Notes under the pieces: model-generated
Database searches by the model: none
Told to the model about the DNA's origin: nothing
Seen by the model: the letters and a program-made list of their open reading frames with translations, nothing else
Shown: positions 18,417 through 26,965 of the stretch, piece after piece
How positions within the stretch are numbered: position 1 is the stretch's first letter
How the letters are laid out: the number at the start of each line of letters is the position of its first letter
Translations under genes and position numbers: made by a program
Assembly (NCBI GenBank): GCA_965249725.1
Contig: CBDFMQ010000002.1
Coordinates: 1,280,001 to 1,344,000 of the forward strand
Direction: 5' to 3'
DNA: 64,000 nucleotides
Origin: Longimicrobiales bacterium
GTDB lineage: Bacteria; Gemmatimonadota; Gemmatimonadetes; Longimicrobiales; Gaopeijiaceae

Positions 18417-19933
18417 TCCTCGACCTCCTCGGTTGGATGCCAGTCGAGCACACCCTGGAGAATGCGCTCGGCGTGTTCGGGTACGCCGACCAACTCCACC
18501 TCGAATCCTCCCTGCTTCGCCTCGTCCATGACTTCCTTCAGCGCCAGGGCCCCGGTCAGATCGATGCGCCCGAGCCCACCGAGATGCAGGACCAGTCGAT
18601 CGGCCTCCCGGGCCTCGGAGAGGCGCTCCGAGGCTATCTGCTCGAGGTAGGCCGCCGATCCGAACCACAGCACTCCCTGAGGCTTCAGATGGACACCCCG
18701 TTCGTCGGTCCACGATTCCACGCCCGGCCTCAACTCCCGCCAAATATGGACCGCAACGCCCGCCAAGATCCCCAGCACGACGGCCTGCTCGATGTGCGGC
18801 GCGAGCGATAGGGTGAAGACAAGCGTTATCCACCCCACGCCCGCCTGAGCGCGAGAGATCCTCCAGAGCGAGGCCAGGAGTCCCAGACGGATGAGCGGAG
18901 CCACTGCCGCGATCACGATGGCTGCGAGAATCGCCCGCGGCAGCGGAGCGAGGATCTGGGCGAACGGCAGGAAGCTGAGTACCGCGATACCCGTGACGGC
19001 ACCGCTCCATCGGGTGCGGGCTCCCGACAGATAGTTGAGGCTGCTCCGCGAGAACGACCCACCTACGGGGAATCCTCCGAACAGGCCAGCCGCTACGTTG
19101 GCGGCTCCCTGGCTGATGAACTCGCGATCAGGACTCCAGGGCATCCGCTCCTTGGTAGCATAGACCCGCGAGATCGAAGCCGCCTCGGCGAAGCCAACCA
19201 GGGCGATCACGAAGCCGGGGAGGATCAGCACCGGCAGGCTCACCCACGGGAGGTCGATGTCCAGTGGCGGCAGACCTACTCGAATATCACCGACGGTCGG
19301 GCCTCCGTATCCAGTCGCGACCGAGAACGCGAGGCCCACCACAGTGGCTATGAGCACGCCGGGCATCAGCGGGTGAACGCGCCGTCCCCCGATGATCACC
19401 GCCACCGTGACGACACCGAGCACAAGGGACGCTGCCTCCCATGAGCCCGGATGTGCCAGGGTCCAGAGCGCTCCCTGAAGCACGCCGTCATTCGCGGCTG
19501 TGACCCCCGCCAGTCCGGGAAGCTGCGAACTGATGATCAGGATCGCTGCGCCGGAGGTGAAGCCGTCGAGCATGGGCCTGGACATCATGTACGAGATCCA
19601 ACCGGTCTTGAGGGCCCCCACCAAAACGCGTGCCGCACCCACGACCAGAGCCAATAGCGCCGCCAGCTTCACATACTCGATCGACCCTGGGACGGCCATC
19701 GGCACGAGCGCCCCCAACGTGAGAAGGGCAGTCAAGGCGACCGGGCCCGTCTGTAGGTAGGGGGAGGACGCGAAGCAGGCCGCCGCGATCGGCGCCACAG
19801 CCGCTGCGAAGAGCCCATGCTGGCTGGGGAGGCCCGCCAACTCGGCGTAGGCCATGGCCTGTGGGATCAGCACGAGAGCCACGCCGACGCCGGCCACGAA
19901 GTCCCTCGCAGACGGGCGTTGAGCTTCCGTCAT
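18413..19933 (-). CDS. SulP/SLC26 anion transporter with STAS domain
   Basis: DFVAGV..ALVLIPQAMAYA, QTGP, GGSFSRS, LWFGSA, IDLTG. Confidence 0.92.
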   Translation of the reverse strand: MTEAQRPSARDFVAGVGVALVLIPQAMAYAELAGLPSQHGLFAAAVAPIAAACFASSPYLQTGPVALTALLTLGALVPMAVPGSIEYVKLAALLALVVGAARVLVGALKTGWISYMMSRPMLDGFTSGAAILIISSQLPGLAGVTAANDGVLQGALWTLAHPGSWEAASLVLGVVTVAVIIGGRRVHPLMPGVLIATVVGLAFSVATGYGGPTVGDIRVGLPPLDIDLPWVSLPVLILPGFVIALVGFAEAASISRVYATKERMPWSPDREFISQGAANVAAGLFGGFPVGGSFSRSSLNYLSGARTRWSGAVTGIAVLSFLPFAQILAPLPRAILAAIVIAAVAPLIRLGLLASLWRISRAQAGVGWITLVFTLSLAPHIEQAVVLGILAGVAVHIWRELRPGVESWTDERGVHLKPQGVLWFGSAAYLEQIASERLSEAREADRLVLHLGGLGRIDLTGALALKEVMDEAKQGGFEVELVGVPEHAERILQGVLDWHPTEEVEE

Positions 19934-20799
19934 GCCATCATCCCCACCAGGGCCTCCTCTGCGAGGGCGGCCAACAGATCGGCGGTGCCGTTCGCCCGAC
20001 CGACCCAGTGCTCGCGGATCGGGCCCAATCCCTCGAGGCGTGTCTCTTGCTCCACCGCCCGCAAGCGAGCTTCCCGGCCCAACCACGAGAGCACCCCGCC
20101 CGGGTCCTGCGAAATGAGTCCCTTGAGGACAAAGGCTCGCTCGCCGGAGCGTAGGCCCAGCTCCAGATCGTCGGCGCAGCGGGCGAGATCGCATCGAAGG
20201 AGGATGAGGCCACTCCGTACCGGAGGCAGAAGCGAGGCCAGGAAGGCCTCGGCCCCCTCCCTTCTCGGATCCGTGATGCCTTCGGCATCCACGAGATGTC
20301 GCGGCGTGACGTCCAGAGCGCCGAGGTCGGCGACCTCGGATCTCAACACGTCCTGGAGCAGCGTGGCCCAAGGACCGTAAAACGGTCCACCCACCTCTTC
20401 CACACGCCGCAGGAAGAGCGGCACCCAGGGCAGTAGGTGTTCCCAGAGCAGCGCCGCCCTGCTGTTCCGTAGAAGCCGGGCCGCCGCCGCGTCGCTTTCC
20501 AGACCCTCGGCCTCGGCGAGGCTCGCCGCCAATCCGAGAAGCCCACTCAGATGATCGGGCTCGTCGGGAGCGTCCTGCCCGAGGGCTCTCCAGAATCCGG
20601 CCACTCGGTCCCGGGCTTCCCCCCCGAGCATGCCCTCGTTCCCGAGGTAGACGGACGCGTATGGTTGGAGCTGCATCAGGAAGACGTCGGCGTACGTCTC
20701 CCCACCCGGCGGTGCGGACAGTTCGAGCAGGTCGGCGAGCTTCCCGTGTTCCTCGGCTGGGGGCTCTGCCAGGGCGGCTAGCGCCCGGAGCAACTCCAC
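19930..20799 (-). CDS. TorD/DmsD-family molybdoenzyme chaperone
   Basis: PYASVYL, EPDHL, EHLLPWVP.F. GAGGAG RBS before GTG 20799. Confidence 0.85.
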   Translation of the reverse strand: MELLRALAALAEPPAEEHGKLADLLELSAPPGGETYADVFLMQLQPYASVYLGNEGMLGGEARDRVAGFWRALGQDAPDEPDHLSGLLGLAASLAEAEGLESDAAAARLLRNSRAALLWEHLLPWVPLFLRRVEEVGGPFYGPWATLLQDVLRSEVADLGALDVTPRHLVDAEGITDPRREGAEAFLASLLPPVRSGLILLRCDLARCADDLELGLRSGERAFVLKGLISQDPGGVLSWLGREARLRAVEQETRLEGLGPIREHWVGRANGTADLLAALAEEALVGMMA

Positions 20800-20827
20800 G
20801 TGCGCTCCTCGGTAGGGGTCAGATCGA

Positions 20828-23743
20828 TCATGTCCCGTCGTCGGCCTCACGTCGATGCAACTGATACGCCTCCGGCTGAGGGCGCACAGGTCGGTCGAAC
20901 CACTCCGGCCGACGTGTACCATCCGGGCTGACCTGGTCGGCCGGGCGGGTCAGGTCGAGCCACTCTCTGAATATCTCACGAGACCTCGTGGTGTCGACCC
21001 GAATGTCTCCGGCGCTCTCTCCAGGGTCGGCCTTTTGGACCCGGACCGCCTGGTGCCAACAGTGCATCCCCGAAATCGGATCGGGATGGACCGGGAATGT
21101 GAGATTCTGATTCACACCGACGTCAGCCCACCAGATTCGGCCCGTATCTGGATCAGCCGAGTCGTACGCGCCTCCACCCGTAATCCGGCGCATGAACCAC
21201 TCGTTGCCCGACTGGTTCAACGACACGGCAGCCGACACCTGACGCTGCCCCTCGGGTTGAATCTTCCACCGCCCCATGTGGTGGCTGCACGCCACCACCC
21301 CCGGCTTGATGGCCTCAGTGACCCACGCCTTGAGCACGAAGTGCCCCAGGTCCGTCTCGACCCGCATGAGATCGCCGGTCGCAACTCCGTGAGGAGCCGC
21401 ATCGTTGGGGTGGATCCAGAGGGGGTTGGTGTGGGCGATCTCGTCGAGCCACTTCGAGTTGCCGCTCCTGGTGTGGATCTGCACGGGCACCCTGAAGGTG
21501 GGCAGAAGGACCATCTGATCGCTCGCCAAGTTCTGGCGGTGAATGTGGCTCTTGATGTACCCGGGAAGGGCCAACTCCGGCCAACCCCACGCCTCCAGGG
21601 TGGTCGAGAAGAACTCGAGACGCCCCGATGGCGTCGGGAAGCCGCGCCGCACGGAATCGTCCAGCATGATCCCGACGCATCGGCGCTCCTCATCGTCGTC
21701 TGAGGCCTTCGGCGCAGACACCGTATGAGGCGTCGAAGGCTTGTCAGCCCGGCTGAACACTCTGCCGAGCTCATCGGTACCGATCCCCTCCAACTCGGCT
21801 TCCGGCACCTCTTCCTCGTAGAGCGCCCCCACCTTCCGTCGCACCTCGAACGCTCCGTAACGCCGCATGTACTCCAGTGGGGTCAGGCCTTCCTTGGCCG
21901 CGGACTCGGGGAGACCCGGGACCGAGTGATCGAACATCCACCCGTAGTATTCGTCTACCGAAAGGGGCTTCCCCGGCTCCTTCTTCGACTCGAAGTACTG
22001 TCGTATCCCGAGCGTGCCATCGGGGTCGATGCGCCAGGAGAGCTCCATCCAGAACTCGTTCTCCTCCCACACTTCTCCCGGATTGGCCTCGCGGGTGTCG
22101 TCGACATTCTCACCCAGCCGCTCCCTGGCTACGCGGAGCACGGGCTGCCGGAAGCCCACCCACTGGCCGTCGTACTGCTCGTAAGAGTGAACGTCGTGTC
22201 GCTCTGAGCCGAGGCCCATGGGCAGAATGTAGTCCGCGTACTGGGCGGTCTCGTTCCACGTCGGTGTGAGAGCCACGTGCATGCCGACGAGTGCCTCGTC
22301 CGTGAGCGCCTCGATCCAGGAGAAGCCGTCGGGATTCGTCCAGACCGGGTTGTAAACACGAGTGAAGTACGTGTCGAGCTTGCCCCTGCCCTCCAGAAGT
22401 AAGTGCGGGAGCAGGATGGACATCTCGTGGTACGACAGCGGGTACTCGCGGGGCCACAACAGCTCGTTCCACTCGGGGGGACCCGGGGGATTGTAGATGG
22501 GCTTGGGCGTGAACTTGTTCCACGCTGCGGGATGCGTCCCGCCCTCGGTGGCTACGGAGCCGGTAAGCGCACAAAGCATGTAGAGCGTACGCGCCACCTG
22601 CCATCCCCCGAGGTTGCCCGACGCGGCGCTACGCCAAGTGTGGACGGCGAGGCGGGTTCCCGCCTTGGCAACCGTTTCCGCAACTCCCTTGAGGGAGTCG
22701 GGATCAACCCCGGATTCGGCTGACGCGTATTCGAACGTGTACTCTGCGTACAGTTCCTTCAGCACGTTCTCGAAGTGCTCGAAGGTGGCCTCCTCCGTTG
22801 GATGCCTGGCCTGGAGGTACTCTCGCCAATTCCACCAACGCCGCACGAAATCCCGGTTGTACAGGTCGTTCTGAATGAGGTAGTTGGCGATTGCCAGGTT
22901 GATCGCGGCCTCGGAGCCCGGATAGGGTGCGACGTAGTGGTCGGCATGAGTCGCCGTGTTCGAAAGACGGGTGTCGAAGACGATGACCTTCGCCCCACGC
23001 TGGCGTGCTTCGATGATCCGCTGGGCATGCGGATTGAAGTAATGCCCGGCTTCGAGATGGCTCGAGATGAGGAATATGACGTCGGCGTGTGCGAAGTCCG
23101 GGCTGGGGCGGTCCGACCCTACCCACAAGTTGAAGCCGACCCTGGCCCCGGACGAACAGATGTTCGTGTGGGAGTTGTGCCCGTCCACGCCCCACGCAGC
23201 CAACACCTTGTTGGCGAACCCGGCTTCGCCCGGACGTCCTACATGGTACATGACCTCGTTGGCGCGTCCCGACTGCAGCGCCGCACGGATACGCTCGGCG
23301 AGCACATCGAGCGCCTCATCCCAGCTCACGCGTTCCCATTTTCCTTCACCCCGTCGACCCGCACGTTTGAGAGGGTGGAGAATGCGGTCCGGATCCGTGA
23401 CTTGGTTGAGCGTAGCCGGGCCCTTGCCGCAGTTGCGGCCCCTGGAGCCCGGATGCTCCGGATTCCCCTCGAATTTCCGTACTTCCAGGGTGTCCCGATC
23501 GACGTACGCAAGGAGGCCACACGCCGATTCGCAGTTGAAGCAGGTGGTGGGCACGAGCATGTATCGGCGCTCCACCCGGGCGGGCCAGGCGGACGAGTCC
23601 AGCTCCACCCAGTCGTTCCACCGCTCCTTGGGTGGGAAGGCGGAAAGGTGGACCCGGCTGGGACCCGGATAGAAGGTCTCACCACGCGCCTCAACCTCGG
23701 CCCGGGCCGCGGACACACGTTTGTTAAGTTTGTTTAAGTCCAT
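20828..23743 (-). CDS. Mo/W-bis-PGD oxidoreductase catalytic subunit (DMSO reductase superfamily), no Tat signal
   Basis: N-terminal 4Fe-4S motif CFNCESAC...NCGKG, DPDRILHPLKR, SHTNICS (Cys ligand region), C-terminal molybdopterin-binding HTRS..WIHPNDA. Confidence 0.92.
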   Translation of the reverse strand: MDLNKLNKRVSAARAEVEARGETFYPGPSRVHLSAFPPKERWNDWVELDSSAWPARVERRYMLVPTTCFNCESACGLLAYVDRDTLEVRKFEGNPEHPGSRGRNCGKGPATLNQVTDPDRILHPLKRAGRRGEGKWERVSWDEALDVLAERIRAALQSGRANEVMYHVGRPGEAGFANKVLAAWGVDGHNSHTNICSSGARVGFNLWVGSDRPSPDFAHADVIFLISSHLEAGHYFNPHAQRIIEARQRGAKVIVFDTRLSNTATHADHYVAPYPGSEAAINLAIANYLIQNDLYNRDFVRRWWNWREYLQARHPTEEATFEHFENVLKELYAEYTFEYASAESGVDPDSLKGVAETVAKAGTRLAVHTWRSAASGNLGGWQVARTLYMLCALTGSVATEGGTHPAAWNKFTPKPIYNPPGPPEWNELLWPREYPLSYHEMSILLPHLLLEGRGKLDTYFTRVYNPVWTNPDGFSWIEALTDEALVGMHVALTPTWNETAQYADYILPMGLGSERHDVHSYEQYDGQWVGFRQPVLRVARERLGENVDDTREANPGEVWEENEFWMELSWRIDPDGTLGIRQYFESKKEPGKPLSVDEYYGWMFDHSVPGLPESAAKEGLTPLEYMRRYGAFEVRRKVGALYEEEVPEAELEGIGTDELGRVFSRADKPSTPHTVSAPKASDDDEERRCVGIMLDDSVRRGFPTPSGRLEFFSTTLEAWGWPELALPGYIKSHIHRQNLASDQMVLLPTFRVPVQIHTRSGNSKWLDEIAHTNPLWIHPNDAAPHGVATGDLMRVETDLGHFVLKAWVTEAIKPGVVACSHHMGRWKIQPEGQRQVSAAVSLNQSGNEWFMRRITGGGAYDSADPDTGRIWWADVGVNQNLTFPVHPDPISGMHCWHQAVRVQKADPGESAGDIRVDTTRSREIFREWLDLTRPADQVSPDGTRRPEWFDRPVRPQPEAYQLHRREADDGT

Positions 23744-23774
23744 CTATCTAATTGCTTACACATCAATGGGTTAG

Positions 23775-25313
23775 TCATGCTAATGGAACGGCCTGACCGG
23801 CCTGCACGTAGGCGTGCTCGTAGGCCGCCAGACCCAGGAGACCGAGAACCACTACGCCCCCGCCAATCCATGGTGCGAACAACCCGGCCAAGGACAGGAT
23901 GGTCCCCGCCCAGAACCATCGGCTGAACCGTCCGCGGGTCATCTCCACGACCGCCAACCGCGCGTGGGCACTGACATGGGGGAGCGTGACTTCGCCCAAG
24001 ATCATGAGAAGGTGCACGGCCGCAGCGCCCGCAAAACACACACGGAGTACGTTGGCTGCGGCCCCATCCCAAATCGGGGCCAACAAGGACAAGACTCCTG
24101 CCCCCGCCATCACGCACTGGACCAGGAGATGCGGTGGCAGGAGAGGGTTCTGCCACAGGTCGCGAGCCTTGGCCTGAGCGAACAGGTAAGCCGTGTAGAT
24201 GGCGGTCATGGCCGCGAGAGGCCCTCCTGCCCAGGCAAGGCGTCCCGTCAGGCCTATACGGCCGGTAATCTCGGCACCAAGGTGGAGGACGAGCACCGCC
24301 CCGTAGCCGCTGATGATGACACCGCCCCGGACCAGCCAACTTCGCCACTGCGGGCGGGTGAAGATCATGTAGAACCGCTCGGGATGCTCGAGATCCCAAA
24401 TGAGCAGCACCCCCGTCACCGCCAGGAAGGCCAGCCCCACCACCGGGGCGCCGAACGTCCACAGCGAGCTGGTCCCGGAGAGCACCCCGGCCAGAATGAG
24501 CAGCAACGGCACGAGGTATGCACCCGCGGCGACCGACTTGGTCCACGTATAGAAGCTCACCCGCCAATCCCAGGGAGCCCTGTGCAGTACATCGTAGGAC
24601 AGAACGGCCGCGGCCGAGCTGTTCCAGGGGCCCGGGTGCCCCGAGGGGACCTGGTGCGGGACGTTTCCCTGTTCACTCCACATGAACAAGCCGCCATCGG
24701 GCCTTCGGGCGGCCAGGGGATCGAGGGTGACCTGATCCGCACCCTTGTAGTAGAGCTTCGGCAGGGTCTCCTTCTCGGGACGCCGCACCGTGACGGCGTC
24801 TCGATTCACGATCTGGTTGACCGCCGAGGTCGGGTCGGTGAGATCGCCCACCAGCAGCGCCTGTGTGGGGCAGACCACCACGCAGGCGGGCTCCAGGCCC
24901 ATGTCGATGCGGTGAGCGCAGAAGTTGCACTTCTCCGCCGAATGGTCCACGGGGTTGATGAAGATGGCGTCGTACGGGCAGGCAGCCATGCACGCCTTGC
25001 AGCCGATGCATATCGACTTGTCGAAGTCGACGATGCCGTCCGGACGCGCGTGCATGGCCGAAGTCGGACAGGCCGTCACGCAGGGCGCGTTGGCGCACTG
25101 GTTGCACCGAGTGACCTGAAAGGAGCGCCGGGTCTGGGGATACTGCCCCACGTCGACGTACTTCACATAAGTGCGGGTCACGGACAGCGGGACTTCGTTC
25201 TCCGACTTGCACGCCGTGGTGCAGGCGTGACAACCGATGCAGCGGGTGTGATCCACGACTTTCGCCCATTGGGGCGCGTCGGTCTTGGGGGCCGACAGCG
25301 TGTGGGTCTCCAT
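23775..25313 (-). CDS. 4x[4Fe-4S] ferredoxin fused to NrfD/PsrC-type membrane anchor
   Basis: CIGCHACTTAC, CNQCANAPCVTACP, CIGCKACMAACPY, KCNFC..PACVVVCPT, then DLEHPERF, SWLVRG, YTAYLF. Confidence 0.92.
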   Translation of the reverse strand: METHTLSAPKTDAPQWAKVVDHTRCIGCHACTTACKSENEVPLSVTRTYVKYVDVGQYPQTRRSFQVTRCNQCANAPCVTACPTSAMHARPDGIVDFDKSICIGCKACMAACPYDAIFINPVDHSAEKCNFCAHRIDMGLEPACVVVCPTQALLVGDLTDPTSAVNQIVNRDAVTVRRPEKETLPKLYYKGADQVTLDPLAARRPDGGLFMWSEQGNVPHQVPSGHPGPWNSSAAAVLSYDVLHRAPWDWRVSFYTWTKSVAAGAYLVPLLLILAGVLSGTSSLWTFGAPVVGLAFLAVTGVLLIWDLEHPERFYMIFTRPQWRSWLVRGGVIISGYGAVLVLHLGAEITGRIGLTGRLAWAGGPLAAMTAIYTAYLFAQAKARDLWQNPLLPPHLLVQCVMAGAGVLSLLAPIWDGAAANVLRVCFAGAAAVHLLMILGEVTLPHVSAHARLAVVEMTRGRFSRWFWAGTILSLAGLFAPWIGGGVVVLGLLGLAAYEHAYVQAGQAVPLA

Positions 25314-25463
25314 GTCGCTCCGGATCGGGTAGACGGTCTAGAAGCCCGGCGAGGGAGGCAAGCGCGTCACCCCCGCAGGCGGCGCATCATAAGCAAACGT
25401 CCTGCCGACGTACAGGTAAGGGAGTGGAGCGTGCCGTAGGCGCAGAACGGCCTCACCGCAGGA

Positions 25464-26813
25464 TCAGAAGCGGTTGTTCACCACGTTGTTGAAGATGGAG
25501 CCGAACTGATAGCTGAAACCGGCCCGAATATTGAACTCGTAGTCGCTCGCCCGTTCACGTCGACGTAGCAGAATCTCCTCGTCGGTCAGCCCCCCTAGGC
25601 GGAGGAAGATCTGATCTCGAATCCGCTCCCAACTGCCACCGGTGTTGAACCGAAGGCCTCGGAATACCCGAATACTCACATTGCCGTTCAGCTCGATACG
25701 GTTCTGTTCCAGGTCGTCGAGAAAGGACGAAGCCTCCAGAGCCAACCAGGAGTCGCCCCACGTCTGACGCTGGAAGAGCCTCGCCTCGAGACTCTGCCCA
25801 GGGCGCGTCTCGGTCAGCTTGCGGAACTCGGTCTCCTCTTCCCAGTCGAAATACTGGACGTTTACTCGGTAGGTCATGGTCAGCGACCGCCGAGGGGCCT
25901 CCTCGTAGGGCCAGAAGCTGTACTCGATTCCCGGTCCGACTTCCAAGCCGAGGTCCTGATTCGATCTGGTGGACGCGCTGGCCTCCGATTCGAATGCTAC
26001 CGACCAGTGATCGGCCAATGCATAGACGATCTCTTGATTCAGGTTCCAGTTGTCACGCGTGTCCACAACCGTAGAACTGTCGCTCAGCTGGAGTTCCTCT
26101 CGTGAGTAACTGCCAAAACCGCTGAAGCGGAACTTCCAAGTGGGCGTGGTTCGACTCGCGGATAGATTGCCCCGGATCCTCGCTTCGTTCTCAGAAGACT
26201 CCTCGTCGTAGTTCCCGTTCAGGCCGACGTTGAATACCCAAAAATCCCAAGGATCCTCAACCTCGTCGCCTGTCACTAGCCGATCCGTGAGGTCTCGCGA
26301 CTCACCCGAACGCTGCACCTCCAGCCCCTCCCCGCTTCCCGCCAACACCGAATAGCGGGCCAGTCCGATGGCGAGAACCTGAGAGATGCCCCTCAGGTTC
26401 TCCTCGGACGTATCCGACCCCAACGACGCGTAGACGAGATTGTCGTCCAGTCCCTCGAGTTCCTGGAGCCCGATAAAGTCGAAACCGTACTCCCTGCCGC
26501 CGCTAGCGTTCGTTTGGCTGGTCATGATGAGATGGACCTGCCCGAGCGTACGGTCCCGGACCCAGTTCACCCAATCGATCTCGGTCCGATAGTAGCTCGA
26601 GTTGCAGATGCGACCCGAGCAATCGAAGAAGACGCGGAGGGCCCCCTGATTGGGGGCGACCTCAGAATCGGCCGCCTCTTGGGCCCGGCTCGCCCAGGGT
26701 GCCAGTAGAAGAACTGCCGCGGTGCCTGCGCCGAGGATAGCGCCCCGCAACAGCCGAGACCTCTTGGGGCCTCTACGCATCACAGTGCTCACAGGTCCGT
26801 CGATCATCCCCAT
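25464..26813 (-). CDS. Putative outer-membrane beta-barrel protein
   Basis: Signal peptide, amphipathic beta-strands, terminal Phe (FSYQFGSIFNNVVNNRF). Start uncertain. Confidence 0.7.
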   Translation of the reverse strand: MGMIDGPVSTVMRRGPKRSRLLRGAILGAGTAAVLLLAPWASRAQEAADSEVAPNQGALRVFFDCSGRICNSSYYRTEIDWVNWVRDRTLGQVHLIMTSQTNASGGREYGFDFIGLQELEGLDDNLVYASLGSDTSEENLRGISQVLAIGLARYSVLAGSGEGLEVQRSGESRDLTDRLVTGDEVEDPWDFWVFNVGLNGNYDEESSENEARIRGNLSASRTTPTWKFRFSGFGSYSREELQLSDSSTVVDTRDNWNLNQEIVYALADHWSVAFESEASASTRSNQDLGLEVGPGIEYSFWPYEEAPRRSLTMTYRVNVQYFDWEEETEFRKLTETRPGQSLEARLFQRQTWGDSWLALEASSFLDDLEQNRIELNGNVSIRVFRGLRFNTGGSWERIRDQIFLRLGGLTDEEILLRRRERASDYEFNIRAGFSYQFGSIFNNVVNNRF

Positions 26814-26965
26814 CCCAGTCTATTGTTCAGCCCCGGCCCCGGAGGCTCTATACGACATGGTCGCCTGCTCAGCCACACTTCAACTGCCTACCAAGTGGAC
26901 ACGGTCACGGTTCTGAACGTTGGAGTCTTCCTCGATCGCCGCACCGGCCGAGTGTCCACCGACCA

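Noticed and set aside
23814..25439. 541-aa plus-strand ORF, and similar long ORFs such as 35107-36372 and 31514-32518
   Set aside because: These are antisense shadows of well-supported genes, common in high-GC DNA, with no recognisable motifs.
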